A stretch of 39,542 bases of DNA, taken from IMG/VR virus record IMGVR_UViG_3300045988_111821. One strand, 5' to 3'. The position numbers were made by a program, and so were the translations under genes. The notes beneath the pieces were generated by a model. The model was not told where the DNA came from. It worked only from the letters and a program-made list of their open reading frames with translations, and did not search any database. Positions 6,112 to 14,744 of this stretch are shown piece by piece. Within the stretch, counting starts at the first letter, position 1, and the number at the start of each line of letters is the position of its first letter. The stretch is from a virus.

Positions 6112-7128
6112 ATGGTACAGAATAGTTTGGTTAAGAGTAAGCAGAATCAAATTCAGGACACGACAATGACCGGGTTCTTGAATCGTATGGATATCAAAGC
6201 GAATATTGAGCAGGCACTTGGTAAGGGAAATGTGCAGCGCTTTATCTCCGGCGTAGTATCGGCAGTCAGCGTGAATCCTGCTCTTGCAGAATGTACGAAG
6301 CCATCGATCCTGTCTGGTGCGCTGTTGGGAGAGAGCTTGAAGCTTTCCCCATCGCCACAGCTTGGTCATTATTACCTCGTGCCGTATAGCGACAATAAAG
6401 CCGGTACGAAGGTGGCACAGTTCCAGATGGGATATAAAGGGTATATCCAGCTTGCAATCCGCTCCGGTCAGTATAAAAAGCTTACTGTACTGGCTATCAA
6501 GGAAGGTGAGTTTGTCAGCTTTGATCCGATGAATGAAGAAATAAATATTCAGCTGATGGTTAATGACTGGGATGCACGAGAGAAAGCGGAGACGGTTGGA
6601 TATTATGCGATGTTTGAACTTGTCAATGGATTTCGAAAGTCAATGTACTGGAGCAAAAATCAGATGCTTGCACATGCTGACAGATATTCGCAGGCATTCA
6701 GCAAAGATATGACGGCAATCAATACGAGATACGGCGTGAAGCATAAGGTGTCTTATGCAGATTATGTTGCCGGTAATTACGATCAGCGTGATTCGTGGAT
6801 GTATTCAAGCTTCTGGTATAAGAACTTCGACGCAATGGCATACAAGACCATGCTCCGTCAGTTGATCAGCAAGTGGGGAATCATGTCTATCGAGATGCAG
6901 TCAGCATTTGAATCCGACATGGCATACATCAAAGAAGATGGTTCCAAGGTATATGTAGAAGATGAGCCGGTTGCAGATGTAGATGCTGCAGAGCCCTCAC
7001 AGCTGGCGGAAACATCTGAGGAACAGGCGATAGATTCTCAGCAGGAAGAACGTGCACAGGTGGCTGAAGCGGAAATGCCGACGCCGGAGCAGGTGAACAA
7101 CAGTGCCGCTGCCGCATTGTTTGGATAA
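6112..7128 (+). CDS. recT: RecT-family single-strand annealing recombinase
   Basis: GHYYLVPY...KVAQFQMGYKGYIQLAIRSGQYK core typical of RecT. Acidic C-terminal tail. Confidence 0.88.
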   Translation: MVQNSLVKSKQNQIQDTTMTGFLNRMDIKANIEQALGKGNVQRFISGVVSAVSVNPALAECTKPSILSGALLGESLKLSPSPQLGHYYLVPYSDNKAGTKVAQFQMGYKGYIQLAIRSGQYKKLTVLAIKEGEFVSFDPMNEEINIQLMVNDWDAREKAETVGYYAMFELVNGFRKSMYWSKNQMLAHADRYSQAFSKDMTAINTRYGVKHKVSYADYVAGNYDQRDSWMYSSFWYKNFDAMAYKTMLRQLISKWGIMSIEMQSAFESDMAYIKEDGSKVYVEDEPVADVDAAEPSQLAETSEEQAIDSQQEERAQVAEAEMPTPEQVNNSAAAALFG

Positions 7129-7218
7129 GGTTATTGTACAAAGATATATCACAGTATTCTTTGTTTTATTGTAAGTCATTCTCTACCGCATTTATGGCGG
7201 TAGAGGGAAAGGAGTTAC

Positions 7219-7587
7219 ATGAGCAAATACAGAAGCAGGAAAGTGGTAGTTGACGGTATTACATTTGATTCCAAGAAGGAAGCGTGTCGGTACCGGGAGC
7301 TTCATTTGCTTGAACAGACTGGCGAGATTAGCAATCTGCAGATGCAGGTCAAATATGAACTGATTCCATCGCAATATGAACTGCGACCGGTCACATTGAA
7401 GAATGGATTTGTGAAGATGAAGAAGTTTTGCGTGGAACATGCATGTAGTTATATCGCTGATTTCGTTTATATAGATACCAACGGAGATACGGTCGTAGAG
7501 GATACAAAAGGATTCCGGACAAAGGATTACATCATAAAGCGGAAGCTGATGCTCTACAGACACGGCATCCGGATCAGGGAGGTGTGA
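7219..7587 (+). CDS. DUF1064-family protein (putative nuclease / resolvase-like)
   Basis: KYRSRKVVVDGITFDSKKEACRYRELHLLEQTGEISNLQMQVKYEL is the classic DUF1064 N-terminus. AAAGGAG RBS. Confidence 0.8.
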   Translation: MSKYRSRKVVVDGITFDSKKEACRYRELHLLEQTGEISNLQMQVKYELIPSQYELRPVTLKNGFVKMKKFCVEHACSYIADFVYIDTNGDTVVEDTKGFRTKDYIIKRKLMLYRHGIRIREV

Positions 7588-7591
7588 CAAG

Positions 7592-7918
7592 ATGGGAGCA
7601 AATATCAGAGATACACATAAGGTTGTAAAAGCGATGCTTGAGAAACATCCAGAGACTCGGAGCAGTGACGGATGCTTATGTTACATGGTGTACAAGGAAA
7701 TTGGCAAGAAGAACGGCGTAGATGTAGATAAGATTCCTCTTCAGCAGTTCTTCCTGCATATGCGAGAGTTGGGATTTCCAACAACAGAATCGGTCAGAAG
7801 AGCACGACAGAAGATTCAGGCAGAGTATAAGGAACTTGCCGGAAGCGAGTTCGTAGAATGTAATCGAACAATGCTTGAAGATGTTTATAAGGATTATGCA
7901 ACCAGCATTATTAAATAG
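7592..7918 (+). CDS. Hypothetical protein
   Basis: GGGAGGTG RBS. No motif recognised. Confidence 0.55.
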   Translation: MGANIRDTHKVVKAMLEKHPETRSSDGCLCYMVYKEIGKKNGVDVDKIPLQQFFLHMRELGFPTTESVRRARQKIQAEYKELAGSEFVECNRTMLEDVYKDYATSIIK

Positions 7919-7940
7919 CTGGATTGAAAGGAAGGAGCAG

Positions 7941-8828
7941 ATGGCAAGACCGCAAAAAAAAGGATTGCTGTACTTCCCATTTGACACGGATTTCTTCGCA
8001 GACCTAAAGATTCGGGCACTCAGTGCAAGATACGGATCGGATGGATTGATATTCTACATATGGTTGCTTGCGGAGATATATAGAGAAAACGGTTATTACA
8101 TCGTATGGAATGAGGACAGCGAGGATGCAGCGATAGCATCCCTTGGGCTGTCCGAGGGTTCAATGAAGCAGATAATGACATTCTTGGCTAGTCGGTCACT
8201 AATCGTTGAGATCACACTTGCTAGTTCGGACACTATCATTACCTCCCCGAATATACAGAAACGCTATCAGGAGGCGGCAAAGAGCCTTAGACGTGAAATC
8301 ATAGTTGATTGTGAGATATGGCTTTTGAATGAAGAGGAGACCGCTTCTTTTATTAAAGTCACCCAAAATTCGGATAAATACAGTAAAAACCATAATAAAT
8401 CCGTTAAAAATGAGAGTAAATCCCGTAAAAACCCCACAAATAAAATAAAAGTAAATGAAATGAAAGTAAATGAAAGAGAGGGCGCACCCGCAAAGCATTC
8501 ATATGGACCATTCGGAAATGTGATGCTGTTGGATGATGAATTCACCAAGCTCGCAGATAAGTACGGAGCTGATATTCGTAACGATGCAATCGAATTTCTT
8601 GATATGTACATTGAAGAGAAAGGTTACAAAACAAAGTCTCATTATCTCGCAATTATTCGATGGGTAGTAAATGCAGTGAATGAGCGCAGGCAGAAACAGA
8701 GACGAGGATATCAGAGCAATATGCCTAAGAGTATACAACCGACACAGGAGCGTGTATCTGCGCTTGATGAGATGGAGGCTCTCTTTCAACAGGAGGTGAA
8801 TGGATTTGACAAAGGCAGAAAGAATTGA
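7941..8828 (+). CDS. Replisome organizer / DnaD-like replication initiation protein
   Basis: From the ATG at 7941 (AAGGAAGGAG upstream). N-terminus ARPQKKGLLYFPFDTDFFADLKIRAL (DUF4373/Lin1244-like). C-terminus ...KTKSHYLAIIRWVVN is DnaD-like. Confidence 0.72.
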   Translation: MARPQKKGLLYFPFDTDFFADLKIRALSARYGSDGLIFYIWLLAEIYRENGYYIVWNEDSEDAAIASLGLSEGSMKQIMTFLASRSLIVEITLASSDTIITSPNIQKRYQEAAKSLRREIIVDCEIWLLNEEETASFIKVTQNSDKYSKNHNKSVKNESKSRKNPTNKIKVNEMKVNEREGAPAKHSYGPFGNVMLLDDEFTKLADKYGADIRNDAIEFLDMYIEEKGYKTKSHYLAIIRWVVNAVNERRQKQRRGYQSNMPKSIQPTQERVSALDEMEALFQQEVNGFDKGRKN

Positions 8829-9363
8829 ACTGCGAAATCAGAAGATCATGGAGAATATCAAACTCGTGTATTTTCATTTGAATAAATATCATGGATTCCC
8901 AAATTACGATGACATCATACAGGAAGGTGTACTTGCACTGGTGGAAGCCATTGACAGAAGCAAGGATCTGGAACACTTAAATCGAAATTATATCGGTATA
9001 TATATCAACAGATATGTGGAAAGATACATTCAATTTGGAGATGTGACAGTACGTACACCATTTCACTGGAAAGATGTCGAGAAACCACAGTATGTATCAC
9101 TCGACAAGATTGTAAATGATGATGGTGACAGTTATGGGGATTCGTTTCTGGAAGACAGACACGATTGTATCGGAGAACTTATTACGATGATGGATTTTGA
9201 ACATATGGTAGATCAGTTGTCTCCGAGAACACAGAAGCCGATGCGGTGCATGCTGCAGGGATATGGCATGACCGATACAGCGAAAATGTGCGGTATATCG
9301 TTTGAACGAGTGAGACAGATCAAGAAGCTGTGCAATAGAGAACTGGTTGCAAGTGAGGTGTGA
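8800..9363 (+). CDS. Sigma-70-family RNA polymerase sigma factor (phage-encoded)
   Basis: Region 2-like DDIIQEGVLALVEAIDR and region 4 HTH MTDTAKMCGISFERVRQIKKLCNREL. Overlaps the upstream gene by 29 nt. Confidence 0.7.
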   Translation: MDLTKAERIELRNQKIMENIKLVYFHLNKYHGFPNYDDIIQEGVLALVEAIDRSKDLEHLNRNYIGIYINRYVERYIQFGDVTVRTPFHWKDVEKPQYVSLDKIVNDDGDSYGDSFLEDRHDCIGELITMMDFEHMVDQLSPRTQKPMRCMLQGYGMTDTAKMCGISFERVRQIKKLCNRELVASEV

Positions 9364-9364
9364 C

Positions 9365-11887
9365 ATGACGTATAGAGAATTTTTAGAAAGTAAAATTGAT
9401 CTTGCGACAGAAAGCGGATTTGTGGTTGATCATTCAAAGATCAATCCGGCGTTGAAACCGCATCAGGCAGATGCTGTTGCGTGGGCACTTAAGGGTGGAC
9501 GCCGGGCATTGTTTGAAGCGTTCGGACTTGGAAAAACGGTACAGGAAATTGAATTCTGTCATCAGGCAGCAGAACATACCGGAGGCAGAGCACTTATCGT
9601 GTTACCACTCGGAGTAAAGCAGGAGTTCACAAGAGATGCCGTGGAACTGCTTGGATATGAGAAGCCGGAGTATTGCCGGACGATGGACGAGGTCAAGGCG
9701 TGTGACAGTCAGATTGTGCTGACGAACTATGAGCGAGTGAGAGATGGTGATATAGATCCATCGTACTTTGCTGCAACGTCACTGGATGAAGCAAGTGTAC
9801 TCCGGAGCTTTGGAAGTAAGACATATCAGACATTCTTGGATAAATTCAAGAACGTTCCATATAAGCTCGTAGCAACGGCTACACCATCGCCGAATAAGTA
9901 CAAGGAGCTTATACACTATGCCGGATATCTGGAAGTCATGGACACCGGACAGGCACTGACAAGATTCTTCCAGCGGGATAGTACAAAGGCAAACAACCTG
10001 ACGCTGTATCCGAATATGGAAGATGAATTCTGGTTGTGGGTGTCAAGTTGGGCGCTGTTCGTTACAAAGCCGTCTGATCTCAATCCTGACTACTCAGATG
10101 TTGGATACGATCTGCCACCGCTTGATGTCAGATGGCATGAGATACCGATTCATTACGGAGATACAGCGGACAGGGACGGACAGATGCAGCTCTTTCAGGA
10201 AGCGGCAGAAGGATTGAAAGAAGCGGCAGCAGTTAAGCGGGACAGCATAGACATCCGGGTACAGAAGATGAAGGAGATTGTAGATGCTTCGCCGGATGAT
10301 CATTTCTTGTTGTGGCACGACCTGGAGAGTGAACGCCATGCAATCAAGAAGGCGTTGCCAGAGACGGTTGATATCTATGGATCCATGGATTATGAGACGA
10401 GAGAACAGCGTGTAATTGATTTCTCAAATGGAAAGACACGGTTGTTTGCAACAAAGAAATCGCTGTCTGGCTCGGGGTGTAATTTCCAGCGGTATTGCCA
10501 CCGGGAAATATTCCTTGGTATTGATTATGAATTCAATGATTTTATTCAAGCAATCCACAGATGTTACCGGTTCTTGCAGAGTCAGCCGGTTGTGATTGAC
10601 ATTATCTACATGGAGAACGAGCGGCAGATCAAGGAAGCATTGCTGGAGAAATGGAAGAATCATAATTACATGGTCAAGCGGATGGTTGAGATCGTGAAGA
10701 AGTATGGACTTAATTCAGCGAACAAAGCTGAACGATTGGAAAGGAAGATGGGAGTGGAAGGAACAAGAGAAGAACGAACCGTGCGAGGTAATCACTATGA
10801 AGCGGTATACGGCGACTGTGTGGAAGAAACACGCGTTATGGCAAGTAACAGCGTTGATCTGATACATACGTCGATACCATTCGGCAATCACTACGAGTAC
10901 AGCGCAAATTATAACGACTTTGGACACAACCAGGATACAGAGCGGTTCTTTGTACAGATGGACTACCTGACGCCGGAGCTTCTGCGAGTGTTAAAGCCGG
11001 GTAGAGTGGCAGCAGTGCATGTTAAAGACAGAGTGCTTTTTGGAAATGCGACTGGTACCGGGATGCCGACGATCGAGCCGTTTCATGCGGATTGTATCGA
11101 ACATTACATGAAACATGGGTTTATGTATTTCGGCATGATCACTGTTGTGACGGATGTTGTACGAGAGAATAATCAGACATACCGCCTTGGCTGGTCTGAA
11201 CAGTGCAAGGATGGCACCAAGATGGGTGTAGGATGCCCGGAATATATCTTATTGTTCCGAAAGCTCCCAACGGATCATAGCAAAGCATATGCAGATGATC
11301 CAGTATCAAAGAGCAAGGAAGAATACACAAGGGCACAATGGCAGATAGACGCACATGGATATTGGAGATCGTCGGGCAATCGTCTGATCAGTAAGGATGA
11401 GCTGAAAGAGATATCGGTGGATAATCTGCAGAAAGCATACAGGAAATACAGCAGAGAGAGCGTTTACAACTATGAAGAGCATGTGAAGCTTGCAAAAGAA
11501 CTTGATAAGGACGGCAGACTGCCGGCTACTTTCATGGTGGTTGCTCCGGGATCATGGAACCAACTTGAGGTATGGGATGATATCAACCGGATGCGGACAC
11601 TTAACACGACACAGAGCCGCAGAAGAGCACAGATGCATGTATGTCCATTGCAGCTTGATATCGTGGAGCGAATCATCAACAGATACAGCAATCCGGGAGA
11701 TGTCGTATATGATCCGTTCGGCGGACTTATGACGGTACCGATGACGGCGGTTAAGATGCACCGCTTCGGGAAAGGCTGCGAATTGAATCCTGATTATTTC
11801 CGAGATGGAGTTGGATATCTGCAGGCAGCAGAAAACGAGATGGACGAGCTGACACTGTTCGATTTTATGCCGGGGGTGATGGAGTGA
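9365..11887 (+). CDS. SNF2/SF2 helicase fused to a beta-class N6/N4 DNA methyltransferase
   Basis: 840 aa from the ATG at 9365. Helicase motifs GLGKT, DEAS, TATPSPN, QAIHRCYRFLQ. MTase motifs DLIHTSIPFG (motif IV position) and VVYDPFGGLMT...GCELNPDY (motif I). Confidence 0.82.
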   Translation: MTYREFLESKIDLATESGFVVDHSKINPALKPHQADAVAWALKGGRRALFEAFGLGKTVQEIEFCHQAAEHTGGRALIVLPLGVKQEFTRDAVELLGYEKPEYCRTMDEVKACDSQIVLTNYERVRDGDIDPSYFAATSLDEASVLRSFGSKTYQTFLDKFKNVPYKLVATATPSPNKYKELIHYAGYLEVMDTGQALTRFFQRDSTKANNLTLYPNMEDEFWLWVSSWALFVTKPSDLNPDYSDVGYDLPPLDVRWHEIPIHYGDTADRDGQMQLFQEAAEGLKEAAAVKRDSIDIRVQKMKEIVDASPDDHFLLWHDLESERHAIKKALPETVDIYGSMDYETREQRVIDFSNGKTRLFATKKSLSGSGCNFQRYCHREIFLGIDYEFNDFIQAIHRCYRFLQSQPVVIDIIYMENERQIKEALLEKWKNHNYMVKRMVEIVKKYGLNSANKAERLERKMGVEGTREERTVRGNHYEAVYGDCVEETRVMASNSVDLIHTSIPFGNHYEYSANYNDFGHNQDTERFFVQMDYLTPELLRVLKPGRVAAVHVKDRVLFGNATGTGMPTIEPFHADCIEHYMKHGFMYFGMITVVTDVVRENNQTYRLGWSEQCKDGTKMGVGCPEYILLFRKLPTDHSKAYADDPVSKSKEEYTRAQWQIDAHGYWRSSGNRLISKDELKEISVDNLQKAYRKYSRESVYNYEEHVKLAKELDKDGRLPATFMVVAPGSWNQLEVWDDINRMRTLNTTQSRRRAQMHVCPLQLDIVERIINRYSNPGDVVYDPFGGLMTVPMTAVKMHRFGKGCELNPDYFRDGVGYLQAAENEMDELTLFDFMPGVME

Positions 11888-13467
11888 TACACGGAGAGCT
11901 TATTGTAGATAATTTCGCTGGCGGTGGCGGAGCGTCAACAGGCATCGAAATGGCGACTGGGTATAGCGTAGATATCGCAATCAACCACGATCCAGAAGCG
12001 ATTAAGATGCACAAAGCCAACCATCCACGAACTAAACATTATTGCGAGAATGTGTGGGCGGTAGACCCGATCGCAGCATGTAAAGGAAATCCGGTAGGAC
12101 TTGCTTGGTTTTCACCGGACTGCAAACATTTCAGCAAAGCCAAAGGCGGAAAACCTAAAGACAAGAATATTCGTGGACTTGCGTGGGTAGCCTGCCGGTG
12201 GGCAGGTCTTGTAAGACCAAGAGTGATCATGCTTGAGAACGTAGAAGAGTTCAGAACATGGGGACCATTAAATCGACGCCATCACCCAGTTAAGAACAAA
12301 CAGGGCAAGACCTTTGAACGGTTTGTAAGACAGCTTGAAGAGTTAGGGTATGAAGTGCAATTCAAGGAGCTTGTGGCAGCAGACTATGGAGCTCCAACAA
12401 TGCGAAAGAGATTCTTTATGATTGCACGCTGTGATGGAAAATCAATCGTATGGCCAGAGCCTACACATGCACCGGCGGACAGTGAGGAAGTCAAGGCAGG
12501 GTTGTTTAAACCTTATGTTGGAGCCTACACGCAAATTGATTTTAGCCTGCCTTGCCCGTCCATATTTGATACTTCCGAGGAAATCAAGGAAAAATACGGC
12601 ATACGGGCGGTCAGACCGTTGGCACCTAAGACTATGGAAAGGATAGCAAGAGGATTAAAGAAATTTGTACTGGATAACCCAGAGCCGTTTATCATTCAGT
12701 GTAAATTTAACAATGATGCGCAGGACATCAAAAAACCTTTAGGAACGATAACAACCATAGGAAGTCACTTATTAGTGGAACCATATTTATCGGTAAATAG
12801 GGAAAACCATTTCGGAAGCGATATGAGGGAACCGATACATACTATCACATCGAATAATCAGCATATGCTTATGACACCGACGCTGATTCAGTATCATTCT
12901 GAAACAGCGCAGGGAGAAGTTCGAGGGCAAACCATAAAAGAACCGATCATGACAGTTGATGGTTCGAACCGGTACGGATTGGTTACATCGTTTCTCAGTA
13001 AGTTCTATAAGACGTGCATCGGGCAGGATGAAAGAGAGCCGTTACATACAGTGACAACGTCTGCGGGGCATTTTGGAGAAGTCCGGGCATTTCTGATTAA
13101 ATACTATGGTGATGCTACCGGACAGGACATTAAACAACCATTAGACACGGTTACCACAAAGGATAGATTTGGTCTTGTAACGATTGAGGGTGTTGATTAC
13201 CAGATTGTGGATATCGGACTTCGAATGTTGGAACCACGAGAGTTATATGGATGTCAGGGATTTCCAGAAGATTACATTATTGATCATGATTATACTGGCA
13301 AGACATATCCGAGAACGGAGCAGGTAAGAAGATGCGGCAATGCAGTGTGTCCACCGATACCGGCTGCACTTGTGAGAGCAAATCTTCCGGAAATGTGTGT
13401 TGCAAGAAGAACAGCCAATATGAGAGTTGCAGAGGAAGCAAATGGACAGTTGATGATGTTTGCGTAG
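11884..13467 (+). CDS. DNA (cytosine-5)-methyltransferase with an expanded repeat-containing variable region
   Basis: FAGGGGAS (motif I), FSPDCKHFS (motif IV), MLENV (VI), RKRFFMIA (VIII), CGNAVCPP (X). The GTG start overlaps the upstream TGA (GTGA). Confidence 0.9.
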   Translation: MIHGELIVDNFAGGGGASTGIEMATGYSVDIAINHDPEAIKMHKANHPRTKHYCENVWAVDPIAACKGNPVGLAWFSPDCKHFSKAKGGKPKDKNIRGLAWVACRWAGLVRPRVIMLENVEEFRTWGPLNRRHHPVKNKQGKTFERFVRQLEELGYEVQFKELVAADYGAPTMRKRFFMIARCDGKSIVWPEPTHAPADSEEVKAGLFKPYVGAYTQIDFSLPCPSIFDTSEEIKEKYGIRAVRPLAPKTMERIARGLKKFVLDNPEPFIIQCKFNNDAQDIKKPLGTITTIGSHLLVEPYLSVNRENHFGSDMREPIHTITSNNQHMLMTPTLIQYHSETAQGEVRGQTIKEPIMTVDGSNRYGLVTSFLSKFYKTCIGQDEREPLHTVTTSAGHFGEVRAFLIKYYGDATGQDIKQPLDTVTTKDRFGLVTIEGVDYQIVDIGLRMLEPRELYGCQGFPEDYIIDHDYTGKTYPRTEQVRRCGNAVCPPIPAALVRANLPEMCVARRTANMRVAEEANGQLMMFA

Positions 13468-13476
13468 GAGGTAGAT

Positions 13477-14721
13477 ATGGAACAAGAACAATTTGACTTC
13501 TTGGAAGATATTGAGATAGACAAGCCGGATGTGGAATTCCAGAAGTGGAAAGAACAGAAGCGTGAAGCAAAAAGCCGGATGATTGCCATGCAATATCAGC
13601 CATATGAAGTAAAAAAGAAGAGGTCAGAACTCCGTGCAATAGAATTTCTTCAGGAGATGGATAAACGTGGAAAAACAGCACATGTGAGTGTCGGTGGACT
13701 TGATAGTATTACATTGCATGTATTCTTGAAATCTATCGGAATTGATGTACCGGCAATATCAGTATCGAGTTTGGAAGATGCAAGTATTCAGAGAGTGCAT
13801 AAAGCACTTGGTGTGACAATTCTGCATTCATATAAGACAAAGACACAGGTTTTGAATGAAGTTGGATTTCCGGTAATCAGTAAGCGTATAGCAGGTAAGA
13901 TTGCATTGTTACAGAATCCGACGGAAAAGAATAAAACGGTCAGACATGCAATTATTACGGGTGAATGTGGAGAACTAGGACATTTTCAGAAGAATAGCAG
14001 GATGAAACTGCCGCAGAAGTGGTTGAAATTGTTCGGAGGGTATGAAAACGAAAATGAAGGAGTGAACTATCAGAAACCGGATTTCAAGGTATCAAATGAT
14101 TGTTGCTACTGGCTCAAAGAAAAACCATGTGACGACTGGGCGAGGGAACATCAGAGCTATCCGTATCTTGGAATGATGGCATCGGAAGGCGGGCAGAGAG
14201 AAGAAGCGCTTACCGATCACGGATGCAACTACTATGGAAAAACTACAATGCGATCGGCTCCGTTTGCTCCGTATATGCGAAATGACATATTAAAGCTGGC
14301 ATCGGAAATGGATGATTGGTATCACAAAAACATGGATGTGTTTGTGAAGTTGTACTATGAGCAACCTTACAGCAAAGACAAGAATGGAAATGTAATACCA
14401 TATGAGCCGGTGGATAGCATTATACCGGATATTTACGGCGATGTAGTACAGGATCAGTGCGGAAATCTTCGGACTACAGGAGCACAGCGAACCGGATGTA
14501 GTATGTGTGGCTTTGGCATTCACATGGAGAAAAGACCACATAGATTTGATAAATTGCGAGAGCGTAACCAGAAAGAATGGGAGTATTACATGTACCGGTG
14601 TTGTACAGATCCAGAGACTGGAGAGAAATATGGCTGGGGAAGAGTTCTCGATTACATAGGAGTTCCGTGGGAAGATTATCCGGCAATTCAGATGGAGTTG
14701 CCATTAGATCAGATGATGTAG
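13477..14721 (+). CDS. PAPS-reductase-like PP-loop protein (IbrA/DndC-like family)
   Basis: PP-loop-like VSVGGLDS (aa 70-77). C-terminal Cys motif RTGCSMCGFG. AGGAGG RBS. The start is 9 nt after the MTase stop. Confidence 0.72.
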   Translation: MEQEQFDFLEDIEIDKPDVEFQKWKEQKREAKSRMIAMQYQPYEVKKKRSELRAIEFLQEMDKRGKTAHVSVGGLDSITLHVFLKSIGIDVPAISVSSLEDASIQRVHKALGVTILHSYKTKTQVLNEVGFPVISKRIAGKIALLQNPTEKNKTVRHAIITGECGELGHFQKNSRMKLPQKWLKLFGGYENENEGVNYQKPDFKVSNDCCYWLKEKPCDDWAREHQSYPYLGMMASEGGQREEALTDHGCNYYGKTTMRSAPFAPYMRNDILKLASEMDDWYHKNMDVFVKLYYEQPYSKDKNGNVIPYEPVDSIIPDIYGDVVQDQCGNLRTTGAQRTGCSMCGFGIHMEKRPHRFDKLRERNQKEWEYYMYRCCTDPETGEKYGWGRVLDYIGVPWEDYPAIQMELPLDQMM

Positions 14722-14744
14722 CGTCGAAATTTGAACTTTGAAAA

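Noticed and set aside
7181-7205. 9-bp perfect hairpin CTCTACCGC-ATTTATG-GCGGTAGAG upstream of the DUF1064 gene, considered as a terminator
   Set aside because: No T-run follows, and it abuts the RBS. It is more likely an mRNA structure or processing site, and the evidence is insufficient to call a feature.
9347-9364. Longer start (9347) for the helicase-MTase ORF
   Set aside because: It would overlap the sigma gene's stop region without an RBS. The ATG at 9365 follows GAGGTG at suitable spacing.
13243-13681. Three overlapping minus-strand ORFs (99-134 aa) across the MTase/PP-loop junction
   Set aside because: They are mutually overlapping, sit opposite two strongly supported genes and have no start context.
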